Part shown: positions 49,505 to 61,556 of the stretch, in pieces
Layout: each line of letters begins with the position of its first letter
Numbering within the stretch: position 1 is the stretch's first letter
From: Podarcis muralis
Taxonomy: Eukaryota
Direction of reading: 5' to 3'
Length of the DNA stretch: 64,000 nucleotides
NCBI RefSeq assembly: GCF_964188315.1
Contig: NC_135671.1
Location: forward strand, 40,176,001-40,240,000
Position numbers and translations under genes: made by a program
The notes under the pieces: model-generated
The model's database searches: none
What the model was told of the DNA's origin: nothing
Seen by the model: the letters and a program-made list of their open reading frames with translations, nothing else

Positions 49505-50443
49505 ATGGCCAGTGCAAACCATTCCACTCACTCTGACTTCATTCTCATCGGTCTGTCCTCCCATCCAGGACAGCAGAAGTTCCTCTTTGCCATCTTCCTG
49601 GTGATGTATATTGTGGGCATCCTAGGGAACCTCCTGATCATCCTGTTGATCCTTTGTGATGCTCATCTGCACACCCCCATGTACTTCTTTGTGGGGCACC
49701 TTTCCCTGGTGGATGCCTGTTTCACCTCCGTCACCGTGCCCAAGATGTTAGTCAACCTGGTGTCAGAAGCCAAGAGCATCTCTTATGCTGCCTGCCTGAC
49801 TCAAATGTATTTCTTCTTTGCCTTTGGGGTCACCGACAGCTTTCTTCTGGCCTCCATGGCTTATGATCGCTATGTGGCCATCCGTAACCCCCTGCAGTAC
49901 ACCATCATGATGAGTCAAAGCCTGTGTGTGGGGTTTGTGGCCGGCTCCTGGATTGTCTCCCACCTCCATTCTTTGTTGCACATAATCCTGATGTCCCGCC
50001 TCTCATTCTGCGCTTCCCATGAGATTCCCCACTTCTTCTGTGATCACCAGCCTGTGCTGGCTCTGTCCTGCACTGATACCAGCTTAATTGAGATGTTGAT
50101 CTTCACTGAGGGGGCCTTAGTGGTGCTGAGCCCCTTTGTCTTCATTGTGATCTCCTATGCCCTTATCCTGGTCACAGTCCTGAGGCTGCCTGCGGGTTCT
50201 GGGTGGCGCAAGGCATTCTCTACCTGTGGGGCTCACCTGCTGGTGGTCACCCTCTTTTACGGCACAGTAATTGGGGTCTATTTCCAGCCCACTGCTCGCT
50301 ACTCAGCAGAAAAGGGAAGGGTTGCCACCATCATGTATACCATTGTCATACCTATGCTCAACCCTTTTATATACAGCCTGAGGAATGACGATGTCAAAGG
50401 AGCATTTCGCAAAACTCTATGCAGGAAGGTGGGAACACACTGA
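49505..50443 (+). CDS. OR1K1: Olfactory receptor, family 1, OR1K1-like, 312 aa, intact
   Basis: NHS glycosylation site, [33 protein letters not shown] and [27 protein letters not shown] and GRVAT match recalled human OR1K1. Acceptors ttccctttcag and ctcctcag lie just upstream. Confidence 0.87.
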   Translation: MASANHSTHSDFILIGLSSHPGQQKFLFAIFLVMYIVGILGNLLIILLILCDAHLHTPMYFFVGHLSLVDACFTSVTVPKMLVNLVSEAKSISYAACLTQMYFFFAFGVTDSFLLASMAYDRYVAIRNPLQYTIMMSQSLCVGFVAGSWIVSHLHSLLHIILMSRLSFCASHEIPHFFCDHQPVLALSCTDTSLIEMLIFTEGALVVLSPFVFIVISYALILVTVLRLPAGSGWRKAFSTCGAHLLVVTLFYGTVIGVYFQPTARYSAEKGRVATIMYTIVIPMLNPFIYSLRNDDVKGAFRKTLCRKVGTH

Positions 50444-51757
50444 GTGCCTTTCTTCCAAGACACCTTGCTGAACAACATCAATGTTTGAACCACACCATCC
50501 ATTGTAACTGAGTTTTCTGAGATTCATGGAACAGTCTCCACGGTTTACAACCACATTTACATGATGTTAAAAGGTGAATTTCCCTCCGGATTCCAATAGC
50601 CATTTTACACAGGAAAATTGTTAGATAAATGCTTGTCAGTGTGCCAAAGGTAGCCATGTTGTCATGGAGCCTACCACAGGGTCACTTTCCAATCATTCCT
50701 TTTTGACTGTGGTTTGAGTGACCAGGAAAAAAGTTGGATATGGGAGTATGGTTGGGTGGTTCAGAGCAAGGGCACCATCTGGGGGCCAGGGGGCCGAACA
50801 CCCTCAAAAATTCAAGGGGGCCCAGGCACCCCTCAATATTTCACACACGCCACCTAGCCCCCAAAGTGGGGGGGAACCCGGCACAAGTGGTTGAGAGCAA
50901 GCTAAAGACCTGGGGGAGGAGGAGCTGGCTGGAGCATAAAAAGCAGGGAGCTGGGAGGGAAATATATGGTATTTTGTTAAAGAATAAAATATTGTATAAT
51001 AAAAAGGAGAATTCCCTGGATGTCAAGATCCAGGTTTGGGGCAAGTACTCTTTGGTGAGAGAGCCACAGCAGAGATCTAAAATCACAAAACATGCAGTGA
51101 AGCAAAGTGTGGAAATATATAGTCTTCTAGACCTTTATTGGAAGCTGCCCCTCCCTGCACTGAATATTGTTACCTGCCTGTCTGAGGTGGGAAATATATG
51201 TAGGAGCCACAATAAAATGAAAATGTTACCTCAACATTGCCTAGGTTTTCCTATTTTCTCTTGCCCTGGGTTAGACGGGCACATCAAATACATACAAAAA
51301 CAAGGGGGTGAAGGAGCAGATCTAGTCAATCTTCAAAAAGCAGTAATTTCACATTTGGAGCTACAGGTGGTCCTTAATGAAGGGGTTGTTTATGTGTGAG
51401 CTCCCATATTTTAAATATGCATAAGAGACGCACACAAAAAGGTGATCCATAATGAGATTTGGGGTCCTTCATACTGGTGGCTTTTAGTGGGCATATTCTG
51501 CAGAAGGCCATTGACACAATAGGATATGCAGGTCCCACTTACCAAACACAATGCATTCTCTGGAAATCATTTGTTGGGCAAACTCCAGCTGTTTTGTTTT
51601 GTTTTTGAACATATTTATTGGTTTTTCAATTGATTTACAGCCATCCTTTTCATACACGACAACATTTACAATAAATATTTGAGATCTCTCAACATTACAC
51701 TATTGAATATGTATGCATAAACAAAAAAATGTTTCAGCAGGCAGTTAAGGACCTGCA

Positions 51758-52107
51758 GGGACGCGCGTGGCGCTGTGGGTAAAACCTCAGTGCCTAGGGC
51801 TTGCCGATCGCATGGTCGGTGGTTCGAATCCCTGCGGCGGGGTGAGCTGCCGTCTCTCGGTCCCAGCTCCTGCCAACCTAGCAGTTCGAAAGACCCTTAA
51901 GTGCAAGTAGATAAATAGGTACCACTTTATAGCGGGAAGGTAAATGGCGTTTCCGTGCACTGCGCTGGTGCTGGCTCGCCAGAGCAGCTTCGTCACGCTG
52001 GCCACGTGACCCGGAAGTGTCTCCGGACAGCGCTGGCCCCCGGCCTCTTAAGTGAGATGGGCGCACAACCCTAGAGTCGGACACGACTGGCCTGTATGGC
52101 CTTTACC
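51758..52107 (+). mobile_element. Sauria SINE, full length
   Basis: 13-bp TSD TTAAGGACCTGCA (51745-51757, 52108-52120). Confidence 0.95.
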
Positions 52108-53554
52108 TTAAGGACCTGCACCAACTGAAAACACAGCAGCTTGTCTGTCCCTGAACATCTGCAAGTGCAACCAGTTACCATCATGATCACAAATCATCAT
52201 GAATGCTCAATTCAAAAAACATATGGAAGGGCCCTATAAAAGGGGGAAACAATTTATGTTGATATTTATTATCCTATACATTTATTTATCTCCAAGGCAC
52301 CTGATGTTCCCTCAGGCACCATACAAACACCTCTGGGATCATAACCAGGTCACAAAAGGAACAAGTAATGTGAAAAGAAAGCTTAAAGAAAAAACGCTAG
52401 ATATATTACGAACAATACAGATGTAGATACATTTGCCAGACGAAAAAGGAGTTGTCAAGAGGGGAAAGGGAGAGCAAAGAGTTTCAAGCAGATTTAGAGA
52501 CTACCATAGTAGACAGTAGCAAATTGACTATTATGTAGCTTTTTATATTATAATTATGAGATCATGCATTTGGATATCTAGCCCCAGAACCAAGCTGGAT
52601 TCAACAGTGGAAGACTCTCAGTGTTTGTTCTCAGGGAAATTCCTCAGAGAAAAAGGATTCTTTCCCTGGAAAATGGTATAGAGAGAGATCTATATATAGA
52701 TCTCTAATGGTATAGAGAGAGATGATCCTGTTCCAATTTGGAGGGGCCCCCCATCCCACATCTGCTATCCATTTTTTAAAAAACAACAACAACTGTGAGA
52801 GATCTTATTCACTGAACTCCTACCATCTAGTTGTACAATTTGTCACCATTAGGGATGAGAGAGAAATTCAGGAACTTCAAATCCAAAATTTCTGAAACAG
52901 TATGAGAACCAATACATGGCCATCTTTTGAAATTTCTACTTATCTGACTTTTGCAATGTAATTCTCCAACAAAACAGCATTTACAAAAATGCATATATTA
53001 GTGGAAAGTATTAAAAAAAGATATTTATGGAAATAACGTTAAAGTATTATATTAGGAGAAGTGGCTTGCAAAAATGTATGACTTGTTCAAAACTGCATGT
53101 GAAAATGTGCTTTCTTAAAAAAAGAACACACAAAAATGCTGACAAATCTTCATTAAGACTCTTTTTAAAATGTTACACATTGTTGCAGAACATTGTGGAG
53201 AACTGAATTCAAGACTGGAAAAATGAGAAATGGAGAGAACCCCAACTGACAGATCCTTCCACCCATGAGTCTTCACCATGAATCTTAGGGCCCCTTTTCC
53301 AAAAGGGGAAGGAAGGAATAATGGCCAAGTGGAAGAGAAATCATTGGCTTCACTTAGGGCTGGAGACCCTGTGGCCCTCCAGATGCTGCTGGACTTCAGT
53401 TCGCTCCATCCCAACCACACCTGAAGGGCCACAATATGGAATCTGACTAGAGTGGGTTATTGGGGAAACAGTAAAGAAAGACAGATAGAGGTGAAATTAT
53501 TTTCAAAGAGAGAAAAAGCATCATATTACCAGTTGGTACTTCAATCACCTATGT

Positions 53555-54194
53555 CAGAGGTTTTCAATCTTTTTGAGTCCATGGCTCCCTTGACCAACTA
53601 CACTCCTTCTGTGGCACCCCTGTGGGGCTCAGGAGCCCAGTTATGTCACCCCCTGCCTACAGAGCCAGCAGCCCCTCAACACTTTTTGAACACCCTCCCA
53701 TGTGGAGTGTTCCCTCAGCCGCCTCTCCTTGAGAGTCCTCCGGGCAGCTGCAGCTGCTGCCTCTGGTCTCCGAGCTGCCCTTCCTGCCCCAAAGAGAGAT
53801 GTCTCCTCACACTGCCCCATAGGGGCTTGTGACTTGTCTGTCTATTCCCAATAGCAAGAGCTGGCAGGCTGGCTGGCTGGCTGGCTGGCTGGCCTCCCTC
53901 GCCTGCCTGCCTGCCTGCCTGCCTGCCTGCTTGCTTGCTTGCTTACTTTGAGGCCAGCCTGAGAGGCACCATTTGCTTGTAGCCAGGGCTGCTGCAACAA
54001 ACAGCTGTGCAAGCTTTTGGGAGGCAGAGACAAGAGAGGGCATCAGAGGAGGGAGGGAAGGAAAGAGGGACAGAAGCCAGTGTTGCCCACGGCACCTCTG
54101 ACCATCATTCAAGGCACCCCAGGGTGCCATAGCACACTGGTTGAAAACCACTGATCTAGTGGAAGTTCATTGCATGGCTTGTTGAAAACCAATG
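53555..54194. mobile_element. Non-autonomous hAT element, family C, copy 2, with duplicated right end
   Basis: 8-bp TSD ACCTATGT (53547-53554, 54195-54202). The inner TIR ends at 54153 and the outer TIR at 54194. Internal (GGCT)n(GCCT)n(GCTT)n. Confidence 0.9.
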
Positions 54195-55383
54195 ACCTAT
54201 GTGATTGAAAGGGGTGGTGTTGATGTGCCCAGGTACACAGCTGCCTTCCTTTTCATGGTGAGTTGAATACAGATGACCCCTGTGGCAAATTACCACAGTA
54301 CCCAAATCACAACCCAATGGAGAGCCAGTGCACCAAGTAATGAGGAGTAATTTTACCATCACCATCCTTTTCATTTGGGAAGCAAAGAGCTGCTCTTTCA
54401 TCTAAGGCAACAGTTTGGGGTGAAACTGAAGGTTTCCAGCTTGCGCAAAATGCCAGAGGAATCCTGAGGTTAGTAAATTCCCCTTCCTCTGAAGTAAATA
54501 CAGTACTCCATTGGACTATTTCAAGGTTATCTAACCCAAGGATCCTTATTTAAGCTATCTACTTTGGAATCAGATGCAGTATCTTATGGTTAAGGAAGGC
54601 AACGTTTTCCATTCCACCCTCTCAGCATTTCTCTCGCTGTCTGCTGTGCTGAAATTACAAAACATATAATTTTGCCACAATGGACAGCAAGCCAAATTAT
54701 GAAGCTTACATAATTTGCACAATTCATTATGTAAATTGTGTGTGTATTGTTGTCATCACATTATACCGTTCCATTCATTTAAATGTGAATGAAATGTAAT
54801 GCAAATGGGGGGGGGGGGAACGCAACATCACCAGTTATCTATTATCTGAGGACTGAAAGCAACAAAAATAGCAAATACCTACTGAATTTGCTGCACTGAT
54901 TTCCATTCCAGACAGGAGAAGAATAGGGCAACACCAGGAATTTCCGCTCCTGTTTCTGTTTCTGTTGGAGTTTTCCAACATCCCTATTCATAGTGCACTT
55001 AGGCTGAGGACAGGTTCCAAGATGGCACACAAAGCCATTTCCCCTCAAACCATGCCCACCTGTACCACAACTAAGTCATGTATGATGTCATACATGATGG
55101 GGCAGGTAAGGATGCAGCTCCAAAGGAAAAAATGGGGTCATAAAGTGAGCTCCCACCTGTTCATTTGCAAGTGGGGCTCACTGTCAGCACCCATCAGTTG
55201 ACTGGTCTTGACAGTGAGTTCCACTAGGATCAGCTGCGATAGGGACAGTGCACCTTCAAAAGGGCCTGCAGACTGGTGGTGACAGAATGTCATATGACTG
55301 CATAATCTGTAGGGGGTGGGGGGATCCACTTTCCCACCTCCATAGTAGTGGACACAGTGGGAATGGAAGGAACATGTTAACTC

Positions 55384-56328
55384 TCACCGTTGCTGTTGAG
55401 AAAAGACTCTCTTTCCCAGGAGGTGCCTAAGGGCCCCTTTCACATCTTTATTCCTTAGGCTGTAGACGTAAGGGTTGGACATTGGGGTGATTACAGTGTA
55501 CATGATAGCAAAGACTGCTCCTCTTTGAGCTGAGTAACTGGAGGCAGGCTGGAAGTAGACACCAATGATGGCCCCATAGAGGAGCACCACCATAGTGAGA
55601 TGGGAGCCACAGGTGGAGAAAGCTTTGCGCCTCCCCGAGGAAGACAACCTCATGACAGCCACCACAATGCGGACATAGGTGAGGATAATGAAGACAAAGG
55701 GTCCAAGGATGATAAGTCCACCTTCAAAGAAGATGGCTGTTTCATTGATGCTGGTGTCTGAGCAGGACAGCTGCAGCAAAGGGTCGTGGTCACAGAAGAA
55801 GTGGGCCAAGTGGTTGTCTCCACGGTAACTGAGACGCAGGAGGAGGCCAGCATGGAGCATGGAGTGGAGGGTAGAAATAATCCAGCAGCCAGCTACCAAG
55901 TGTCCACAGACCTTCTGGTTCATTACCGTAGTGTAGTGCAGTGGATTGCAAATTGCAACATAGCGATCCAGAGCCATGACACTCACCATTAGAAGGTCAG
56001 TCACACCAAAAACATAGAAGAAGAAGAACTGAGCCATACAGGAGTAGAAAGGGATAGTCTTGGACGTGGAGATGATGTGAGCCAGCATCTGGGGCACTGT
56101 GACTGAGATGAAGCCCATGTCCACCATGGAGAGGCTACGCAGCAGGAAGTACATGGGAGTCTGGAGTCGGGCATCCAGAGAGATGAGAATGATCATCATG
56201 ACGTTGCCCAGAAGCCCTGCCCCATACATCAGCAGAAAGAGTAGGAAGTAGAGGGGCTGCTCTTCAGGCTGGGAGGAAAAACCCAGAAGGACAAACTCAG
56301 CAACATCTGTGCCATTCTCACAGTCCAT
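55384..56328 (-). CDS. OR1B1: Olfactory receptor, family 1, OR1B1-like, 314 aa, intact
   Basis: ATG at 56328 behind the acceptor ttctctctgcag. AQFFFFY.FGVTD, HFFCDH.PLL, AIFFEGG, HLTMV..LYG and KDVKGAL match recalled human OR1B1. Confidence 0.87.
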   Translation of the reverse strand: MDCENGTDVAEFVLLGFSSQPEEQPLYFLLFLLMYGAGLLGNVMMIILISLDARLQTPMYFLLRSLSMVDMGFISVTVPQMLAHIISTSKTIPFYSCMAQFFFFYVFGVTDLLMVSVMALDRYVAICNPLHYTTVMNQKVCGHLVAGCWIISTLHSMLHAGLLLRLSYRGDNHLAHFFCDHDPLLQLSCSDTSINETAIFFEGGLIILGPFVFIILTYVRIVVAVMRLSSSGRRKAFSTCGSHLTMVVLLYGAIIGVYFQPASSYSAQRGAVFAIMYTVITPMSNPYVYSLRNKDVKGALRHLLGKRVFSQQQR

Positions 56329-57100
56329 GGGATCTGCAGAGAGAACCAATCATCAAGTCAGAATGAACAAGAAGATCTCAAAACCAGTGGTGGCTGATCC
56401 CCATTGGGACTGATGAAGAGAGAGGAAAGCAGGGAGGCCAACAGGTGGATCAAGAGACAATGAATCCAGCTCTTGTCCCCACCTTCCTCTCTGCGATGTT
56501 TTTCAAGGGCAAAACTGAGATTGAGAAGAAGGAAGCTGACCATCAGGGCCACCCCGGGACTGGTTGTAGGTGGAAATGGGGGTTGTCTGGGGGTAGGCTG
56601 AGGCTCGCAGGGCAGTGACTTATTTGCCCTAATGGGCCAGATTCCACTTCTCATCATAACATCACCTATGGCCACAAGGCAAGGCCATCTAGAGGTGGAA
56701 GAAAAGGCTGAATTAGTTGACAGAGAAAATTTCAAGGTTTGGATTTTGAATTTGAAAGCGGATCACAACAGCTGAAATTTTAATGCTTTCTAAAGTGCTG
56801 TAGTGTTGTTTGATCTTAAAAACTATCAGCTCACAGATGCTGTCAGATACTAGGTACTGCGCTAGCTGTGAAAACATAGTCCATCACTGAATACTGTTGT
56901 GTAACAATTATCAGTGCAGGAGAACAATGAAAAGCTTTAGGGTGATATCCATACATGACTTCCTTTTGCAGAAATGGAACTTCCCCTTCCTCTTTCTCCT
57001 CTGTGCATTGCCAGCATCCCCTCTAAATCTGCAGTGGAGGTTGGAGAACAATTGCTTAGCTGAACAGCTACTATTAATACCCCCCTGAAGAAAGCCTGTA

Positions 57101-57464
57101 CAGTGGTACCTCGCAAGACGAATCCCTCGCAAGACAAAAAACTCGCAAGACGAAAGGGTTTTTTGTTTTTTGAGCTGCTTCGCAAGACGATTTTCCCTAT
57201 GGGCTTGCTTCGCAAGACGAAACGTCTTGCGAGTTCTTGCGAGTTTGTTTCCTTTTTCTTAACACCGTTAATACAGTTGCGACTTGACTTTGAGGAGCAA
57301 CTCATAGCACGCGGCGTGGTAGCCTTTTTTGAGGTTTTTGAAGACTTTGGTGATTTTTGAAGCTTTTCCAAAACTTTTCCGACACCGTGCTTCGCAAGAC
57401 GAAAAAAATCGCAAGACGAAAAAACTCGCGGAACAAATTAATTTCGTCTTGCGAGGCACCACTG
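57101..57464. mobile_element. Tc1/mariner MITE, family A variant (different interior)
   Basis: TIR CAGTGGTACCTCGCAAGACG. TA TSD at 57099-57100 and 57465-57466. Confidence 0.9.
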
Positions 57465-57533
57465 TATCTCCAAATATTGGGATTTGGATATTAGTCATTT
57501 CAAATGCAATAAACTGCAAGTGCATTTATTATA

Positions 57534-57759
57534 CAGTGGTACCTCGGGTTAAGTACTTAATTCGTTCCGGAGGTCCGTTCTTAACCTGAAACTGTTCTTA
57601 ACCTGAAGCACCACTTTAGCTAATGGGGCCTCCTGCTGCTGCTGTGCCGCCAGAGCACGATTTCTGTTCTCATCCTGAAGCAAAGTTCTTAACCTGAAGC
57701 ACTATTTCTGGGTTAGCGGAGTATGTAACCTGAAGCGTATGTAACCTGAGGTACCACTG
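57534..57759. mobile_element. Tc1/mariner MITE, family B
   Basis: TIR CAGTGGTACCTC. TA TSD at 57532-57533 and 57760-57761. Confidence 0.9.
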
Positions 57760-57855
57760 TATTCTTATTATTTTGCATGGCAACAGTCAAATAATCCCAG
57801 ATACTAAGTATTGTTACTTATCAACTGTCAAATATGAACAGCCAAGCATCAAATA

Positions 57856-58004
57856 CTGTATTTTTTCATGTATAACACGCCCCCATCTATAAGACTATTT
57901 TGGGCAACTCCAAATTAAGAAAATGGGGGAGTGTATAAGACGAGCCCCAATTTTTAACCTAATTTTTAAATAAAAAACCTAGACTTATAGACGGAAAAGT
58001 ATAG
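57856..58004. mobile_element. Degraded Tc1/mariner MITE
   Basis: ta-CTGTATTTTTTC..GAAAAGTATAG-ta imperfect TIR. Confidence 0.55.
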
Positions 58005-58362
58005 TAAAATATTTTCTATAGATTTATATATATAATGAATGTATATGCTGCTGTTATATGCTACTATCTTCTCTCAGTAGCTTAAAACATATAACAACAA
58101 TTTAAAACCATATTAAATATGAAACAATGCACTAGGCAGAATAGCAGCAGTGTGGCTGTAATAATGATTTTATTATTCACACCCTGCCCAGCCACTCTGT
58201 GCAGTTCTAACTGAAGCCATTCTGCATATTATACTTCATATATTCCAGAGCTCATGTTTCTAACATGGATTTAGGTTCTGGGATTTTGTACTTGGCTGAG
58301 AATAGTTCCTGCTTCCAGGGAAGGTTGTTACATGAATAAGAAGGGTAAGAGGTATCTGTGGA

Positions 58363-58425
<63 letters not shown>
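58363..58425. repeat. (ATT)21 microsatellite
   Basis: Direct reading of the sequence. Confidence 0.95.
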
Positions 58426-58630
58426 CAACAATTATATCTCAGCTTCCCTCCAAGGACCTCAAGATAGTGTACATGATTTTCAACCCCTCAGCCTCCATTT
58501 GACCTTCACACCAACCCTCTGAGATAGGTTAGACTGAGAGATGAGTTCAAGATCATTCACTAAGCCTCATGGCTAAATTGAAATTTGAACCTTGATCTCC
58601 CCAGTCCTAGTCCAACATTCTAATCTCTAA
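58426..58630 (-). mobile_element. Old CORE/MIR-like SINE
   Basis: ccttcacaccaaccctctgagataggttagactgag..atttgaaccttgatctccccagtcctagtccaac resembles the MIR-type core and head in antisense. Confidence 0.6.
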
Positions 58631-61137
58631 TCTCTGCATTTTAACAGCAGTGTTTAAAATTCCCATTGTTCTAGGTACATTTTGCGACAGGGAATTTCAT
58701 TAGGACAAGCAGTTTCTGAGCTCTGGGTGCAGTACTGCGCCTAAGATTACAGATTAAAACTGCAGAGTGGAAGGAAAGGAGGACCTTTTTCTGTCTCTCC
58801 CCCCCCCCCCAGCTACTCTCTGAAGACTGGAGAAGAGACCCTCTTAAGAATATTAGGGGGGTGGGCAGGGGAAGGACTAAACCATATGAAAAATGAACAT
58901 AATATTTTAGCTTCAGTTGATTCATTTTCAGCTTTGTATTCTTGTTATAAAAAAGCGTGCCTAGACATTCCATTCTTGGGCCATAGCCAAGGTTTAAGGT
59001 GCTGTTTAGCTTCTAGCTTTCAAATCTCTGTTTCTAACATGGCTCTCTGTAAACCCCAAGCAGAACTGATTATTATTACTTAAAATACTTAACAGAGGAC
59101 AATGAACCAGAGATTACCTTAAAAGTGGCTAAATTCTGTGCTGCTGCTATAAAATTAAGGAGACAAGCTTTGAATGACTCTAAAGGCCCAATGTCTTAAT
59201 ATATTTTAAATTAGTAATTAAGGTTTTAACATATGTTTTAGCTGTTTTATATCTGAATTCTTTATTGTGTATTCACTCATAGAGCTTAATTTTAATCTAT
59301 TTATTTTTGTATGCTCTCTGTTGTTGTACATGTTGCACTCTGATCAGTGACTGAAATAAATCAATTCATTCATTCATTCAACATGGCTCTGCAGAAGGAA
59401 GATGAATACACTGGAAGATGTGGAGGCAGGGACTGTGGAGAAGAAAATGTTGAGTTCAAAAGGAAAAGAAAAGAGAAGCTAGAGGTTGGGATCTAAGAAA
59501 GCTGTGTAAAAGATGGAGAAACCCTGGGAAGGGAGGGAGAGAGGGGAGGAAGCAGCCAGGTCCCTCCCTGCCTCTGCTGCCAGCGCATCGCTAGTCTCCA
59601 CTCTGGCACGGGGAACAAGGCTGTCCAAGGTAGAATAGCAAATCTCTCTTCTCTCCGTCAGATTGCACAGCTTCCAAGGAGATGTCAAGTTATTTTGGCA
59701 CCTGAGGTAGCCTGGGATTGAACCTGGAACCCACTGATCTGTGGCCCTTCCCCTGTGGTCTACTGCCAACTGCTGTTAAAAACAATATAAAAATATTTAT
59801 TCACCCTAGCCATATAGCCTTTTTGTACTCCCACTGGCCGTGTTCCCATATAAAGTGTGGAAGGAGACACTAACAGGCTGTGTGGATGAGGAAAAGCTGA
59901 CCCGCCCTGGACCCCACCACCTGTGGTCCCAACCCCCAAGCGGTTTTCTTCCAACCTCACTTTCATAGTGACAGTGAGCCTGGCTGGTGAAAAAAATGCT
60001 CAGGGAGATGCAGCCTGAGGAGACAAGAGAGAGTAAAGCTCAGCTGTCAGGTCCTCTCACCTGCATGTGTGTGTGTCAGATCTCTACAACTTAGCTGTTT
60101 GATCCAGTGATTTTCATGCACAACACTGTGATACACAACACTGTGTGTCTGAGAAACCCCACATGCTTAACTTGCCAAACAAATGGTTGTTGGTGGCATT
60201 GGGGCATCCCCAAAAGTAGAATCAGTTTTAAAGTGGGGAATGAGGCAACTAATTTAGAAGTGTGAAACTTAACTGATATATTCTGACCTTCCTTTCCCAC
60301 TGACCTGCACACATACATTGCTCACGGGTACACAATAGCATTTCTGCCCCCCAGCATCAGAGGATTTCCATGCTTCTTTTGGACCTGGGCTAAGAAATTC
60401 AAATTCTTACCTCGCATCCACCTGGACAGACAATGCTTTCCAGAGCTTGTTGTTGCTACTGTATGAATGTTAAGTAGCAGTAAAGGAGGCACCACAGAAA
60501 CATCTTGGCACTCCCTGCTTACCTGTATCCTGATGCTCCTAACTTCACACCAAAAATCAATCTTCTGGCACAAAATCAAAGCACCAAATGGAACAATGTC
60601 AAAGTCAGACACAGCTGATCTGTTTGGAAGAGCCAAGAAGAAGCCAGGAGGCATCCATTTGAAAATCAGCACTGAAGGTCCCTGGGGATGTTTCACATGA
60701 CGTATGAATAGCTCTTGGGATGCTGCTGTCTAACTCCAGAACAAACTCAAACTTAAAGGGTCCGTCACATGGGCAGTCTCCTGCCGCTGTAGTAAATAGT
60801 TTTAATGCAGGTCATCCAAGTTCCACTCTTTATAATCTTGTTAGAGATCTGTGGGTGCTGGATGCTTGGGTTTAATTAGAACTGGGATGTGAAAATGGGT
60901 CTTAGTAACCACAGCATCCTTTTCTAAGTACTCACAGACTGACTGTTGAATCACTGGGTAACAATTTTTTACTTTTTGAATGTTGTCTAGATTTCTACAA
61001 CTGATTTAGGGTATTTTTGCACTGCTGAATAAGGAAATGGCATCTGTTTCTCTCTATCAGGTCAGGTTTTTGTGTTATGTTGATTTGAAAAAAATCAGAT
61101 CTTGTGACAAAATCGATTACATTTTTGTGGCATTATC

Positions 61138-61556
61138 TTTTTTTTTTAAAAGATATTTATTAGAATTTTACAAAATGAAAAAAGAAAAAAGAAAAATACA
61201 AAATAAAAATAGATAAAAAAGAATTCCATCTTTCCATCACTTTCTTTCATTTGCTTATTTCCCGGACCTCCTCACACCTCCCTTTTTGTACTCCAGTTCA
61301 ATTTGTTAGTTCAGCAAATCCTTCCCCTCTTTGTTTATCCTAATCTTTAATCTTAAAATAATGTAACATTAAATTTTTGTCTGTTAATAGTCCATTTTTT
61401 TTCATACTCCTTATAGCGTTATAACTAAAAACCACATAACTTTTCATCCAACATCCTTCTAACATTCATTAATTTTACAATATTTCTGTAGGTAGTCTTT
61501 AAATTTCTTCCAATCTTCTTCCACCGACTCTTCTTCCTGGTCTCGGATTCTGCCGG
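61138..61556 (-). mobile_element. L1 3' fragment, same family as 38332-38966
   Basis: 19-bp TSD ACATTTTTGTGGCATTATC (61119-61137, 61557-61575). PolyA tail. VEEDWKKFKDYL ORF2 end. Confidence 0.88.

Noticed and set aside
50734-51399. 221-aa plus-strand ORF
   Set aside because: Starts at TTG, has no recognisable motif and overlaps MITE-like sequence.
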